A DNA stretch of 64,000 bases from assembly GCA_973895155.1 (NCBI GenBank), contig OZ316892.1:14934861-14998860 (forward strand). Reading direction: 5' to 3'. The notes beneath the pieces were generated by a model. The model searched no databases. It was not told the origin of the DNA and saw nothing but the letters and a program-made list of their open reading frames with translations. This DNA is from Marsupella aquatica (Eukaryota > Plantae > Marchantiophyta). Each line of letters starts with the position of its first letter. Position 1 is the stretch's first letter. This document shows positions 53,701-64,000 of this stretch, piece after piece. A program made the position numbers and the translations under genes.

Positions 53701-56269
53701 AACGGTTAGCTTCCGGACCCAATCGTTTCCTCATGAGGTCGTTGAAACCATTCTGATCCCAAATGTCGTTATCTGATAAAAGCAGTCTCATCCACTCAGC
53801 GGCAAATTTTCTGGCAACGGCTGTGGGTCGCCAATGGGTGATTCCAATGTTATATGCGCCATACGCTGCACAGAACAACGTGCATGTCACCTTCTACTTG
53901 ACCAAAGTGTCTAGTGACAGCAAACGGAGGAGAGAACTGATGTACACTTCAGTTTTCTAACTTTGGATACATTGATGTCGGTCACATAGCAATTAAGTCA
54001 GCAAATGGTTCATATATGAGCATTATTTTGAACAGCTTCAATTGCTATGGAGGGAAAGTATAAATATACAGACGAAAACCAAGCAGTACTTACAGCGGTT
54101 CCAGATCTCCAAACTTTCGTCGTCAACAGAGTTAACAACCTCATCGCTTGATGTCAAAACGTCGGCGTCTGGATAACGTCCTATATATGGAAGGGGATTC
54201 TACTACACAGGAACAAGAGAGGGAAATCAAAAAATATTTTTCCTTTATAACTCGAAATCCTAACCAATTGAACGGTTAGTGCCTACCTGTGGACCTCCTT
54301 CGTATGGTACCCTTTACTAAGGATAAACGACATGGACGTCTGCTCAATCTTTTGCCTACTGCTGCAACGTGTGCAGTCTACTTGAAGGTACTGGACACCT
54401 CTAAAAAAAATCAAAAGTTATGAACTTCGTACCCTTAACCAAACCATATCCGTGTCGCACATCAGCAACTCATACCCAAGTGACAGGAAATCATTGACCA
54501 ATATAACCTTCTCACGTCCCATCTTGTGGAAAGTGGGTGTTCCCCAGCCAACATCGATTGTCTTCATATTACTTCCCATGTCAAACGTCGGAATACCAGC
54601 CCAGTATAGAGCTTCCAGCAACTGGGTATCCATTGCTCCTTCAGGAAGTACAGATTCCCAGATGGCACAAGTAAGTTGGGTGGTCACGTAGTCCACAGGG
54701 CTTGACCTTATGACCATATTGAAGCCGAAAGAATGACGGATGATTGAATTTAAGAGACATTATTAACCCTTAGAATCTATCAATCCCCAGTGTCCAAACT
54801 GGGAACACATTGGGCTATTCCGCAGAGGTTTTTGGGATACCTTCAGTGAATACGTAATCGAAGCAAAGTCTAAATTACCTTCTCTTGTCGCTCTTACTTC
54901 GTACAAAAAGCAGAGATTTCAAGGCTGACAAAAGTGTTACGCAATGTGTTGCATAATCCAAAATTTTCTAAACTGGAGATTTTGTTGTTTTAAGTAGCCA
55001 AGTAGACTTCAGTTACGAACAGTTTTGCATTGCTGTATGACAGATGACATAAATGGAAGTACTGGCAAAGAGTATAGGATCTTACCAACGACAAGGTTAG
55101 TCACGCCACAATCCGTCAAACCTTTCACCCACGAAAGAACAAATCCCAAGAAAGCGTGATTAGCAAAGGTGACAGCTATAACATTCTCCTTTGCTCGGAA
55201 CTCCACTATTTCTTTCAGAGAAAAATCCGCTAGTGGTGGCATCACGCTCCCTGCTGCAGGGACATCCCAGATTTTCCTCTTCAAGTCTTCATGAAGCGGA
55301 CGGGCCCTTTCACTGGGAGAGACTTTCTCGCCATTTCTGGACTTATTCTGGTCACGGCCATAGTTTAGATCTGCATTGAACGAAACAGGAAGAACCCGAA
55401 TCAAGTGATTTTCCACTCCTCTAGCAGTATTTTAGCTGCCAAGTAATTTATCACCGAATTATTTAATGTACATAGCTTGGCTGAATTATGGCCTCACTAT
55501 TATGGTCTTCATCTAACCATGCCTGTCCTCTGAGTAGCAACGGTGATGGTTGCAACGGTACAAGAGGCCACACGTACAAAGCAATTTGATATTCAAAGAT
55601 TGCGAATTCAGCTGCAATTATTCTTTGCGGGTGAATAAAAACTTATAGAAACTGAAGTCCTGGACCTCAGCGACAGCCACGTACCCTCGCTCCCAAAAAG
55701 GAGAGATTGCGCTTTCTTTACCGTTCAACCATGAAAGTCTCTACAAACTCGCTCCAACCCCCTCATAACACAGTTCTAACAAACTTCGAGGGGCACACAT
55801 CTGTAATGCTCTCCCTAAAACTTCTGCTCTCTTTAAAGACCGGAAAGGGATCCTTGCTTGAAGCTGCGAATGACATGGGGCAGACAGAAATTCCAAAAGA
55901 AACCAAGGCCAGTGTCGCCAGTTGTTGCAATTTAAGCAAACCTGCTCAACGAGAGTTACTTTAATTATGCATCTTCATGACAGTGTCCAAGATCCCAGGG
56001 ATGCTCGCGCGACGGAGCATTCTTAACTTCTCGGGAAGGCGATTATGAAGGCAGCAGAATTCTTTCTTAGTGTGAGGAGTAGGTAGGCACTTACCCGAGA
56101 CAGAGGACTGCTGCTGCTCCGCAAAAGCGAATTCTGAGGTGGGGTCGTCAGAGGGCTCGATGAGTCGTTGAACAGAGATGGACACGGAGTAATGAGTGAA
56201 CAAGTAATATGAGACCACTAAGAACACAATTAACAAACTCAGACGACCTCCAACCCCCAGCACCTTCAT
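50766..56269 (-). CDS. XEG113: Extensin arabinosyltransferase XEG113 (GT77, nucleotide-diphospho-sugar transferase), multi-exon
   Basis: Type II membrane anchor (LSLLIVFLVVSYYLF); KIWDVP; VIAVTFANHAF..FVLSWVK.L; WGTPTFHKMGREKV..ELLMCDTDMVWL (DxD motif); WDQNGFN; LKLGILPVSIFCSG.TYFVQ; PYAVHTTFQFAGTEGKRHRLREA; C-terminal GIWCCV..PGHIWYDIYWD.KPGWKP. Confidence 0.95.
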
Positions 56270-57559
56270 GTCTCCCTCCTGATTTGATTTCTCCCGACGC
56301 TAAGGAAGCTGAGCGCGGCTCGCTCGTTCGCTGGCTACTCAAACAACAGCCTCAACATGATGCCGCGCAGTGCGCACCGCAAGAAATGCACCAGAGGACA
56401 CCAACGCAAAGGGCAGGTGCTTTTAACGGTTTAATGTGATTCGGCATTCCATATGGAACAGAAATTCTACGGTCACAGCAAGAACGGAGATCCAGAGGCG
56501 CACGGTCGTCGCTGGAGATGCAGGAAGAGAAGGAGCAGCAGAGCACGATACATGATGTCGTCAGTGGTGACGCTACAAACCCAGCAGCAGCAGCAGAATC
56601 AAGGTACATTGCAAGAAATCGGTACGACTGTCGTAGTCCATCCCTCCGCTAGAGCACGAAACACTCCGATTATTACATGATTGCTTGACTCAATCTTCGT
56701 CATCGCAACGACGGTCAGACCGACCGACGGACCGCTCTCATGCGAAATACTACTAACTACTACTAATTACTGCTACTTCTAGTCCGAACATGCCGACCGC
56801 ACCGACAAGCCCCGCCCTGTATCGGTTTGGCCAGAAAGAGTCGGGGAGGATGGATTTTGCTACCGACATCGCCGCTCGGGAAAGCTTTCCTGTATGAACG
56901 ATTTTGGCCCAATTCCGTATACTAGTGTAGTGGAACTGTAAGAGCTACCGTATACAGTACTACCGTAATAAGAGCATCTCCTCAGCTGAGTGTCGACAGA
57001 CTAGTGAAGTCATGAAGTGAAACAGTCGTAGACGCTCGATACATTCGTTTCCTCGTGTAGTAACTTGTTACATTGATTAGTCGGTGTTGCGCTGTGTGGG
57101 ACGGTCCAGATTCATCCTGGAGTAAGGTGAACGTTCCCTCCAAATTTTGAAGTGGGACGTTCTTTAACTGTATGTTCGAAATTTCCAGCTCGACCTTCCT
57201 TCAGTCACAGATTATTTTAGGTTCGTTCCATTATGTATATAGTAACCTCCTGTTTTGTTTACAAGGGGTTGTGGGACATAATGCCCAGACAAATGGGAGC
57301 TTGGGCTCGAGTTTTGAGGGGTTACTATTGCTCATGATGCTATGGAAAGAGTACCTTCATATACCTAAAGGTCACAGAGGTTTTTATTATACTCAGTTTA
57401 GTAAAAGTAGAGGAGAATCTTACTAAAGAGTTTATCCAAATCTTGACTGGGCATTTTCGTCCAAGAATGCACTAGAAAATACAAAGGGAAGAATCAGGAA
57501 GAGCATAAGTTTGTTGGGGTGTGCTCTTGTCCATTTTAATCACACTGTAAATACCATAG

Positions 57560-57860
57560 TGCTAACTAGCCCGTGCTCTAACTTTCATTCCACTCTAAGT
57601 TGTCCTAGCAGTTGTGTTGCCATTGGAAGTTTTGCCATTTTGGTGGGGTGTTATTTGCAACAGTGATGTAGTTTCAACTGGGTTGTTGTTGCGGAAGTAA
57701 TATTGTTTTGATCAGGTTGTTATTGTGGAAGGGTTGTCATTTGGTTAAAAGTGCAGAAAGTAAAGTTGCTACTGCATAAAGTGTTTCAATCAGGATGTTG
57801 CTGGTTTGCTTGCAAAAGTGGTGGTATTTTAGCTGAAATTATTGTTGCTATTGGGTTTCT
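57560..57860 (-). mobile_element. Degenerate GTTGT-type minisatellite with a possible Helitron end on the minus strand
   Basis: Reverse-orientation units resembling ACAACAT repeats. The minus strand reads GAGCACGGGCTAGT at ~57565-57578. Confidence 0.3.
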
Positions 57861-58993
57861 ATCACACAATAAATGAAAGAAGAGAATGTCTACAATGAAA
57901 AAGTTTGAGGTGAGAAAGGGGAATGGTGAGAGGAGCCAGTGCAATAAAATTGGGATGGCAGACCAAGGAAAACATTTGATAGAAAAAAAACAGATAATGG
58001 TAGGATTGGGGGCCAAAGAAAAGTCATTCCAAACAGGAGAAAGAAACTTAATCCAAAAGGGTGGCACAAACAAAATCAACCACATTTGTATCCTTAATCC
58101 AAAAAAAAGTGACAATCTAGTGGGACACAGATTAATGAGTTTACAACTATTAAAAGCTGAATTCAGGCAGACCAAGCAGTATTAATTTCAATTTTCTTCC
58201 CTTTCACTCAATCCCAAAACATTTTAGAAAGAAGCATGATAGCTTAGGTAACTGAAGCCGTATGGACTATCATGTGTGACAACATGCTTGGATGGGCCAT
58301 AGTAACCTGCATGGATCAGTGTGAAGCATTGACGCAGGTTTTCTTTTTGTACATATGCTCACTGTTTTGGGTATGGAAGGACTCCAACCTTTAACCTTTA
58401 TAGTCCATTGGAGTTTGACACCAAAAACAGTGAGCATTCAAACTTCATCATCCAGCTTACCATTGACTTGTGCTCCTTTTTATTGTTCAAAGATTGTATG
58501 ACTCAGTCAAATTTTCTTCACAATCCTACATCAGGCTTTCACTATCCTGGGTCGGGCTTAGGCAGTAGGTTTTAGGCATGATCCCTCTTTGCAATCCTCC
58601 TATGCAGTTTACTCCGGAGCTCTACCAAGTTTTTCAGTTTGTGGCTCAGTAAGGGCTTTACTTCTTTTGCCTTTCCGTCACTTGGGGTGATTGCTCTTGG
58701 GCTTTTTGGTTCTTTGGTTTTTCCAGTTTTTTCCTTTGTCTTCACCCCTTTAATGGATTCAGATAATAACTTCCAATAAGGCACTTCGTGTTTTTTTGCA
58801 GTGATATATATTGACAATCCTACTAGTCAAAATGTGAAAACAATGCTCCCATGGACCTTATATAGAAACCAAACCAAGATGGACTAATTAATAAATAATA
58901 TCTATGTGACATTGAGAGTAAATGTGGTCTGATCCATCTGGTTGCAGATACCTTTGGGAGCATTTTGGCAAACCTAGAGGATCATGGCTTCAA

Positions 58994-59328
58994 CTCGGGG
59001 GGGGGGTCACTATATGGAGGGTCATACATCGCGTGCGACGTTTTAGGGTTTGACCCCCCTAACTTTAAAGTGAAAAATAATTCTTTGCAAAGCCCTTTCT
59101 TTCTTAAAATTTTGTCATTTTTTATTAAAAAACCCCTAAAAACTTTATAGAAAGTATTTTTTGCAATTAAATAGGCCTATGTGTTCTTTAAAGTCGACCA
59201 ATCAATAAAACATGCCCTATGTGTTCTTCCACCAAACTTTGGAAGTCTTCCGCCACACCCATTTAAATGGGCCTATACTTCGTCGCACGTGATGTGTCAC
59301 TTCCGTGGAAGTGACCCCCCCCCCCGAG
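58994..59328. mobile_element. MITE, copy 3 (youngest, distinct subfamily) of the CTCGGGGG-TIR family
   Basis: TIRs CTC(G10)TCACT...AGTGA(C11)GAG, extending imperfectly to ~47 bp (CATCGCGTGCGACG / CGTCGCACGTGATG). Perfect 8-bp TSD GGCTTCAA at 58986-58993 and 59329-59336. Confidence 0.92.
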
Positions 59329-60533
59329 GGCTTCAATTTTGTCAAAACTTTTCTGAGTGAAAGAAATATGTAGGCCTACAATAGAATGATCTCTAAATTC
59401 TCCCTTTGGGTCTTGGGGTAAAACTGTACCTGTTCCATCATGCATACTATCATATTTTCCAGTGACATGTAATTGGACATCTATCTTACAACTATTTTAC
59501 ATATATATATTCATGAAATTTTAGTATTAGTAAGTCAGGCAGATTCTAAGTGTGTATTTAGCAGATCATGCTACTTTTAGGTCGTGTACTTAGGGGACCA
59601 CTTACTGTACTCGAGATAAGGAGTATATCTTCTTTACTAATTAAATGGGCAAAAACTTTATCCCTAGGCCGGTGTAACAAAGCCATTATATATGCGTCTT
59701 TTGCTGGTTGTTTGTTAGATCACGCACAAGGACAATATCACATTGTTTAACTGGGCAAAGACTTTGGTCATTGACCTGGTGTAACAAAGCCATTGCTTAT
59801 GTGCCTTTTGGTCATTTGTTTTAATTTTTGATTGTTTGTTAAATCATGTAGACATAATATATATATTTTTAAATGTAAGGAGAAATCTGTGAAACCCCAC
59901 AGAAAGGGAACACCGGGTAACATTTGCACTCTAGACCTATGAGTCTCACCTAAGGCGAGCTTCCTATGAGCTTCCACACAGCCATTCCTTGTGGCCATGT
60001 AGAGAGAATATTTAAACACAAAACACCAACATGTGTGTGTTAGGCTCTTACTGTATAGTATAGAGACATCATTCACTCCTTATGTTTCTTGGCGTACTCA
60101 TTATGGTCATGTCATACCCCGTGTCATACTCAGCAAGTCAAATGAGTGCAGTAGGGATCACTCACAAATGGTTTGAAGATCATTATGTTATTCCCCAAGA
60201 AGCATTGGTAAATTTCAGCCAGCTTCATGTTAAAGTTTTTGACATTGCTTTATATGGCATGCCATTGCTACATTTTTTCTCTTTTATTTGAGAATAACAA
60301 CTTTAAACAGCTTTGTCACTAACTAAAGATGCTTGAATTGACACTATTGTCATGTTTTTTTGTATTTACAAATAAGTCATGGTTTTGTATATGGATGACA
60401 AGTTCACCAATGTAACCAAGATAATCACATACTAAAAATATGGCATAATTTTAGACATAATAAAAGCACTGGCAATTTGTGAATGGGAACATCTTTAGTG
60501 ACAATGCAGTTCAAAGCTATTTAGAATATTAAA

Positions 60534-61273
60534 TAGCTGTTTACTATCATGTCCCCTAAACTGAGCTAAATTACTAACCTACCCCCAAAAATATTTTAAT
60601 TGTTAGGTTGCCCCCATATTGTATATATGAGTTACTTTTAATGTTTTAGTTAACCCCAGGTGATTATTCATTGGTGGATTTACACCTGGCAAGGTGCTAT
60701 TGGCTCCACCCTACCCTGGCCAAGTTTACCCTAACCCCACTAGCTCTTTCCCATTTTTTTGAACAATCCCTGCACCAAACAGGGCTGGCTCCTCCCCCTT
60801 GCAAGTTTGAATCCCAACCCTGGCGACCTGGCTGGCTGCGTGCTCAAAAACAAGGTCCCACACTCCATAGGGGCCTGATGATCCTCGGGTCCCCATGATC
60901 CACCCTACTCTCACTTCTATACGAGAACGAGGCCCCAAAAGTATACATATATTCCATGTGTAAACAAACCCACATTTGGGTCTACCGCCTGAATCGAGTT
61001 GGGTCATCGGGGGACATGCCAGCCATGTTCGGTGTAGGGCTCGTTCAAAAAATGGGAAAGAACCAGCAAGGCAAGGGTAAACTCTGTCAGGGTAAGGTGG
61101 AACCAATAGCACCTTGCCATGTGTCAATCCACCAATGAAAAATCACCTGGGGTTAACTAAAACAGTGAAAGTAACTCATATATACATAATGGGGGGCAAC
61201 CTAGCAATTAAAGTAATTTTGGGGGTAAGTTAATAATTTAGTTCACTTTGGGGGACAGGATAGTAAAATGCTG
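60534..61273. mobile_element. Foldback non-autonomous DNA transposon with ~255-bp terminal inverted repeats
   Basis: 60534-~60790 is the reverse complement of ~61017-61273, e.g. TTTTAGTTAACCCCAGGTGATT / AATCACCTGGGGTTAACTAAAA and TGGCAAGGTGCTATTGG / CCAATAGCACCTTGCCA. The ends read TAG / CAG. Confidence 0.88.
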
Positions 61274-62223
61274 TTAGAATAAATGAGAGTCTTAATGTAC
61301 TCTTACTGTAAGGCCTTTTTCATAATCACTACCCTCAAGGCCCCTTTAACAAAACGAAAAAGCTGTACTTTGGGTTAATATTTTTGCCCCTCAATTTAAG
61401 GAAAACCTACTCCTAGTTAGATCAAAAATTGGTTCAGTTTTTACCTTAAAGAGTCCCTTGTAAAAGAGAAAAGTTCTAGTTACCTTACTAGATGGCACTG
61501 CTCAAAATCTCCTCATCGTCAGATGATAAGCAGATGACCATAGATCTCACTAATCGGCCCTTACATTGCAAAAGTTGTCGTACCTTGTGCGCTTAACAAT
61601 GGGTTATTCCATGTTATAAATTTGTTAGCTCGGTCCCTTAACTCTGGATCCAGAATTTAGCCTGAATCCATACCTCACTCCATCGATCACATTCTGAGAC
61701 GCCATATTAGATTATAGAACTTTGTACTCCACCAGACAGCTTGTAAAGTGGGTTATAGAGTATCTTTTCGTCGTCCGGTAGGTTGTGAAGATCTATTTTC
61801 TGTAAAATCTAGACTCGTGTTTTCAACTTATTCAAGCACTCCTGATCGTGCTCCAGTCATTTATATCCTGTGAGGCACTCTTAGCAATGATTTAGTTTGT
61901 ACATTATACATCACACTGTCCAAGACGAGGAGCCCTTTTGTGTCCTTACCCATAGCAGGACACTGCTCTGCTACAAAACATGAGGTAAAATTTGTAGTGG
62001 AAGGGCAGAGGGGAGGTCAAATAACCCTTGGGAGCTTTTAGAACGTCCATTCATTCCAATTACTAAAGAATACCAGGTTCGTGACCGAACGTTTGTGGTC
62101 ACAATAGGCTGAAGATACAGTTTGTGACATTTCTGTTTTGACCATACAATGCACTACTTCTGAGAATCCGTTTTGGGCCCCTTCGGGTCCCCATCACAAC
62201 AACTGAACAAAGTTCAGCCAACA

Positions 62224-62720
62224 ATGCACATCCACAAATGCCTGTGCTTCAGAAAGAAACAGAAATAGGAGATATAAAATGCACATATCACAGATGCCTG
62301 TGCTTCTGCACGAAACAGAAATGGAAGACACCACATGAAGGCAACATTCTTAGGAATTCAACATCTTAACATCTATGTAGTGGTGATACAACACTCTGGA
62401 ATGTGAGCTACTGTCAAGGACAAGCGGCAGGTGAAGATGAGCTTCTCGCTGTAGTCAAAGCGTCGATATCTTTACACGAGACTATTGACAAATGTCTTTA
62501 CATGAGACCATCGGCAAATGTCTAAACCTTGTTCTCAACAGATTACTAGGCTTCTGCGGCGACAGCGTTTCTCAAAACTTGTACCCTCTTTACTGACCAG
62601 TGAGGGTGGCCTCTGTCTGCAAAGATGGCTTGTGGCTTATGGGGGGCTTGCTCCCGTTGAAAACAGTGGAAACCGTAAAACTCCTGCATAATAGCTCATA
62701 ATAGCTGCATAATAGCTGCC
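62224..62720. repeat. Short tandem duplications downstream of TOM20 (putative 3' UTR)
   Basis: ~54-bp pair AATGCACAT..ATGCCTGTGCTTC..GAAACAGAAAT (62224 / 62278), 26-bp pair TCTTTACA.GAGAC.AT.G.CAAATG (62469 / 62495) and CATAATAGCT x3 (~62687-62717). Confidence 0.8.
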
Positions 62721-62752
62721 CCACCTCTTTAAGTCAACAAAGATAACGACGC

Positions 62753-63960
62753 TTATCTCAGGGATGAAGGAGGAGGTTGAGGAGCAGTCCGAGCTAAACT
62801 CATCCACGCGATAATCCCAATGCTCAATACAACCCAGCCCATGACATCATATTTGAAGTCGTTATCCTTCTTTTTCTTCTTTGAAACCTGTTTCAGAGGG
62901 CCGAGGACAACTAATTCAGCATACATGAGAGCCTTTGCCAGCAGCCAAAAAGAATTTTTCACCATAAGATTTTTCGCTATTGACAATAGTATCCACTATT
63001 TACAATTGGGGACTGATTTGACAGGCATGTGCAAAAAAGAGGACATATCGCGGACATACTTTCGAGGCTCCTGCGCCCGAGGCACTCCCGCCACCAGCAA
63101 TTACTTGTTGTGAGGCCAACTGCCGCTGTAACTCTTGGTGCAGTGAAGGTGCCTGCCAGCGGAAGTAGTCTATAGTTAGTGACTTTTAGACGTAACGATC
63201 CACAATATAAATTGAAAACAAGCGCCAAGAAGGCAACCATGACGGACACTATAGTGAACGGACAGAAGGAGCATTTGCTGACAAAAGTACCTTTGTAGTC
63301 ATTTCAAGGGCTTTCTGATAGAGATCATTATCAGGTTCCTGCACAACATGCCAGAGAACATTGTAACAACTGCCCAGAAGTCAACCGCGAAACCTTCGCC
63401 ACGTAAACGTTTGAATGACTAGACCCCTGACGAGATTTCTTTCAAATCGACTCCTAAATACGTCTTAAGCATCTCTCCATATCATGGCAGTCTACAAAAC
63501 AGCTGCATCTCGTAGTTCTATTAGTTGAATACTATGAGCTTTACAATTCATCTGGGAAATCTTTTCCAACTTTTTATGCTTAGAGCGGATGCGTACGCGA
63601 TCATCAAGATTTCACTGATGAGAGGGAAAATAGAACAAAGGTTTAGACCATGACTCGACCTCGTGTAAACACTCGAAGGGTTGGATCTCACGTTATTAAG
63701 CTCACTTGTCTGGATCGCTGCTAAAGACGACTTGGAGTTGACACGTTATTATGACACCCTAATGCAAGCATGACTGACTTTTCCACATACCTCCTCCAGC
63801 GCCATTTGGAAGCATTTAGCGGCTTTCTTGAAAAATTCATTGGATTTATCTGTTTCCGTAACCAGAAATCCTTGAGATGTGTGCGCATTGCCTAAGCACC
63901 AGAGTGTATCATGTTTCCTCGGATTAATTCTGAGCGCTTCTTCCAATTTGGACACCGCCT
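62753..63960 (-). CDS. TOM20: Mitochondrial import receptor TOM20 (plant type), last 4 exons; gene continues beyond the window
   Basis: [39 protein letters not shown] (63791-63960) | [16 protein letters not shown] (63291-63338) | [17 protein letters not shown].. | [35 protein letters not shown] gives the plant TOM20 TPR region plus C-terminal TM anchor. Confidence 0.95.
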
Positions 63961-64000
63961 CTAAAGCAAAACGGAGGGGATAAAGTGGTCAGGAGGGACC

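Overview
This is eukaryotic, intron-rich DNA from a land plant with flagellated sperm. Plant-type TOM20, XEG113 and ATP synthase FAd genes occur together with the intraflagellar transport gene IFT46; a bryophyte such as a liverwort is my inference. Six spliced genes were reconstructed by eye from GT-AG exons: mitochondrial ATP synthase 24 kDa/FAd subunit (-), IFT46 (+), an ASPM/abnormal-spindle homologue (-), an EMB2421-like FAD monooxygenase (-), XEG113-type GT77 arabinosyltransferase (-) and the 3' part of TOM20 (-). There are also two unassigned single-exon ORFs. The intergenic blocks (about 1-9 kb, 13-20 kb, 39-42 kb, 57-62 kb) consist of decayed DNA-transposon material. This includes a three-copy MITE family with poly-G inverted ends and 8-bp target duplications, a ~740 bp foldback element, Helitron-like 3' ends with minisatellite bodies, and a ~3.4 kb inverted-repeat-bounded element with decayed zinc-finger-like coding. 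I found no CRISPR array, rRNA or intact tRNA and cannot claim a wholly new system. The best leads are the recent 141-bp IQ-dimer expansion and non-IQ insert in ASPM, the orphan ORF beside IFT46, and the unclassified transposon families.
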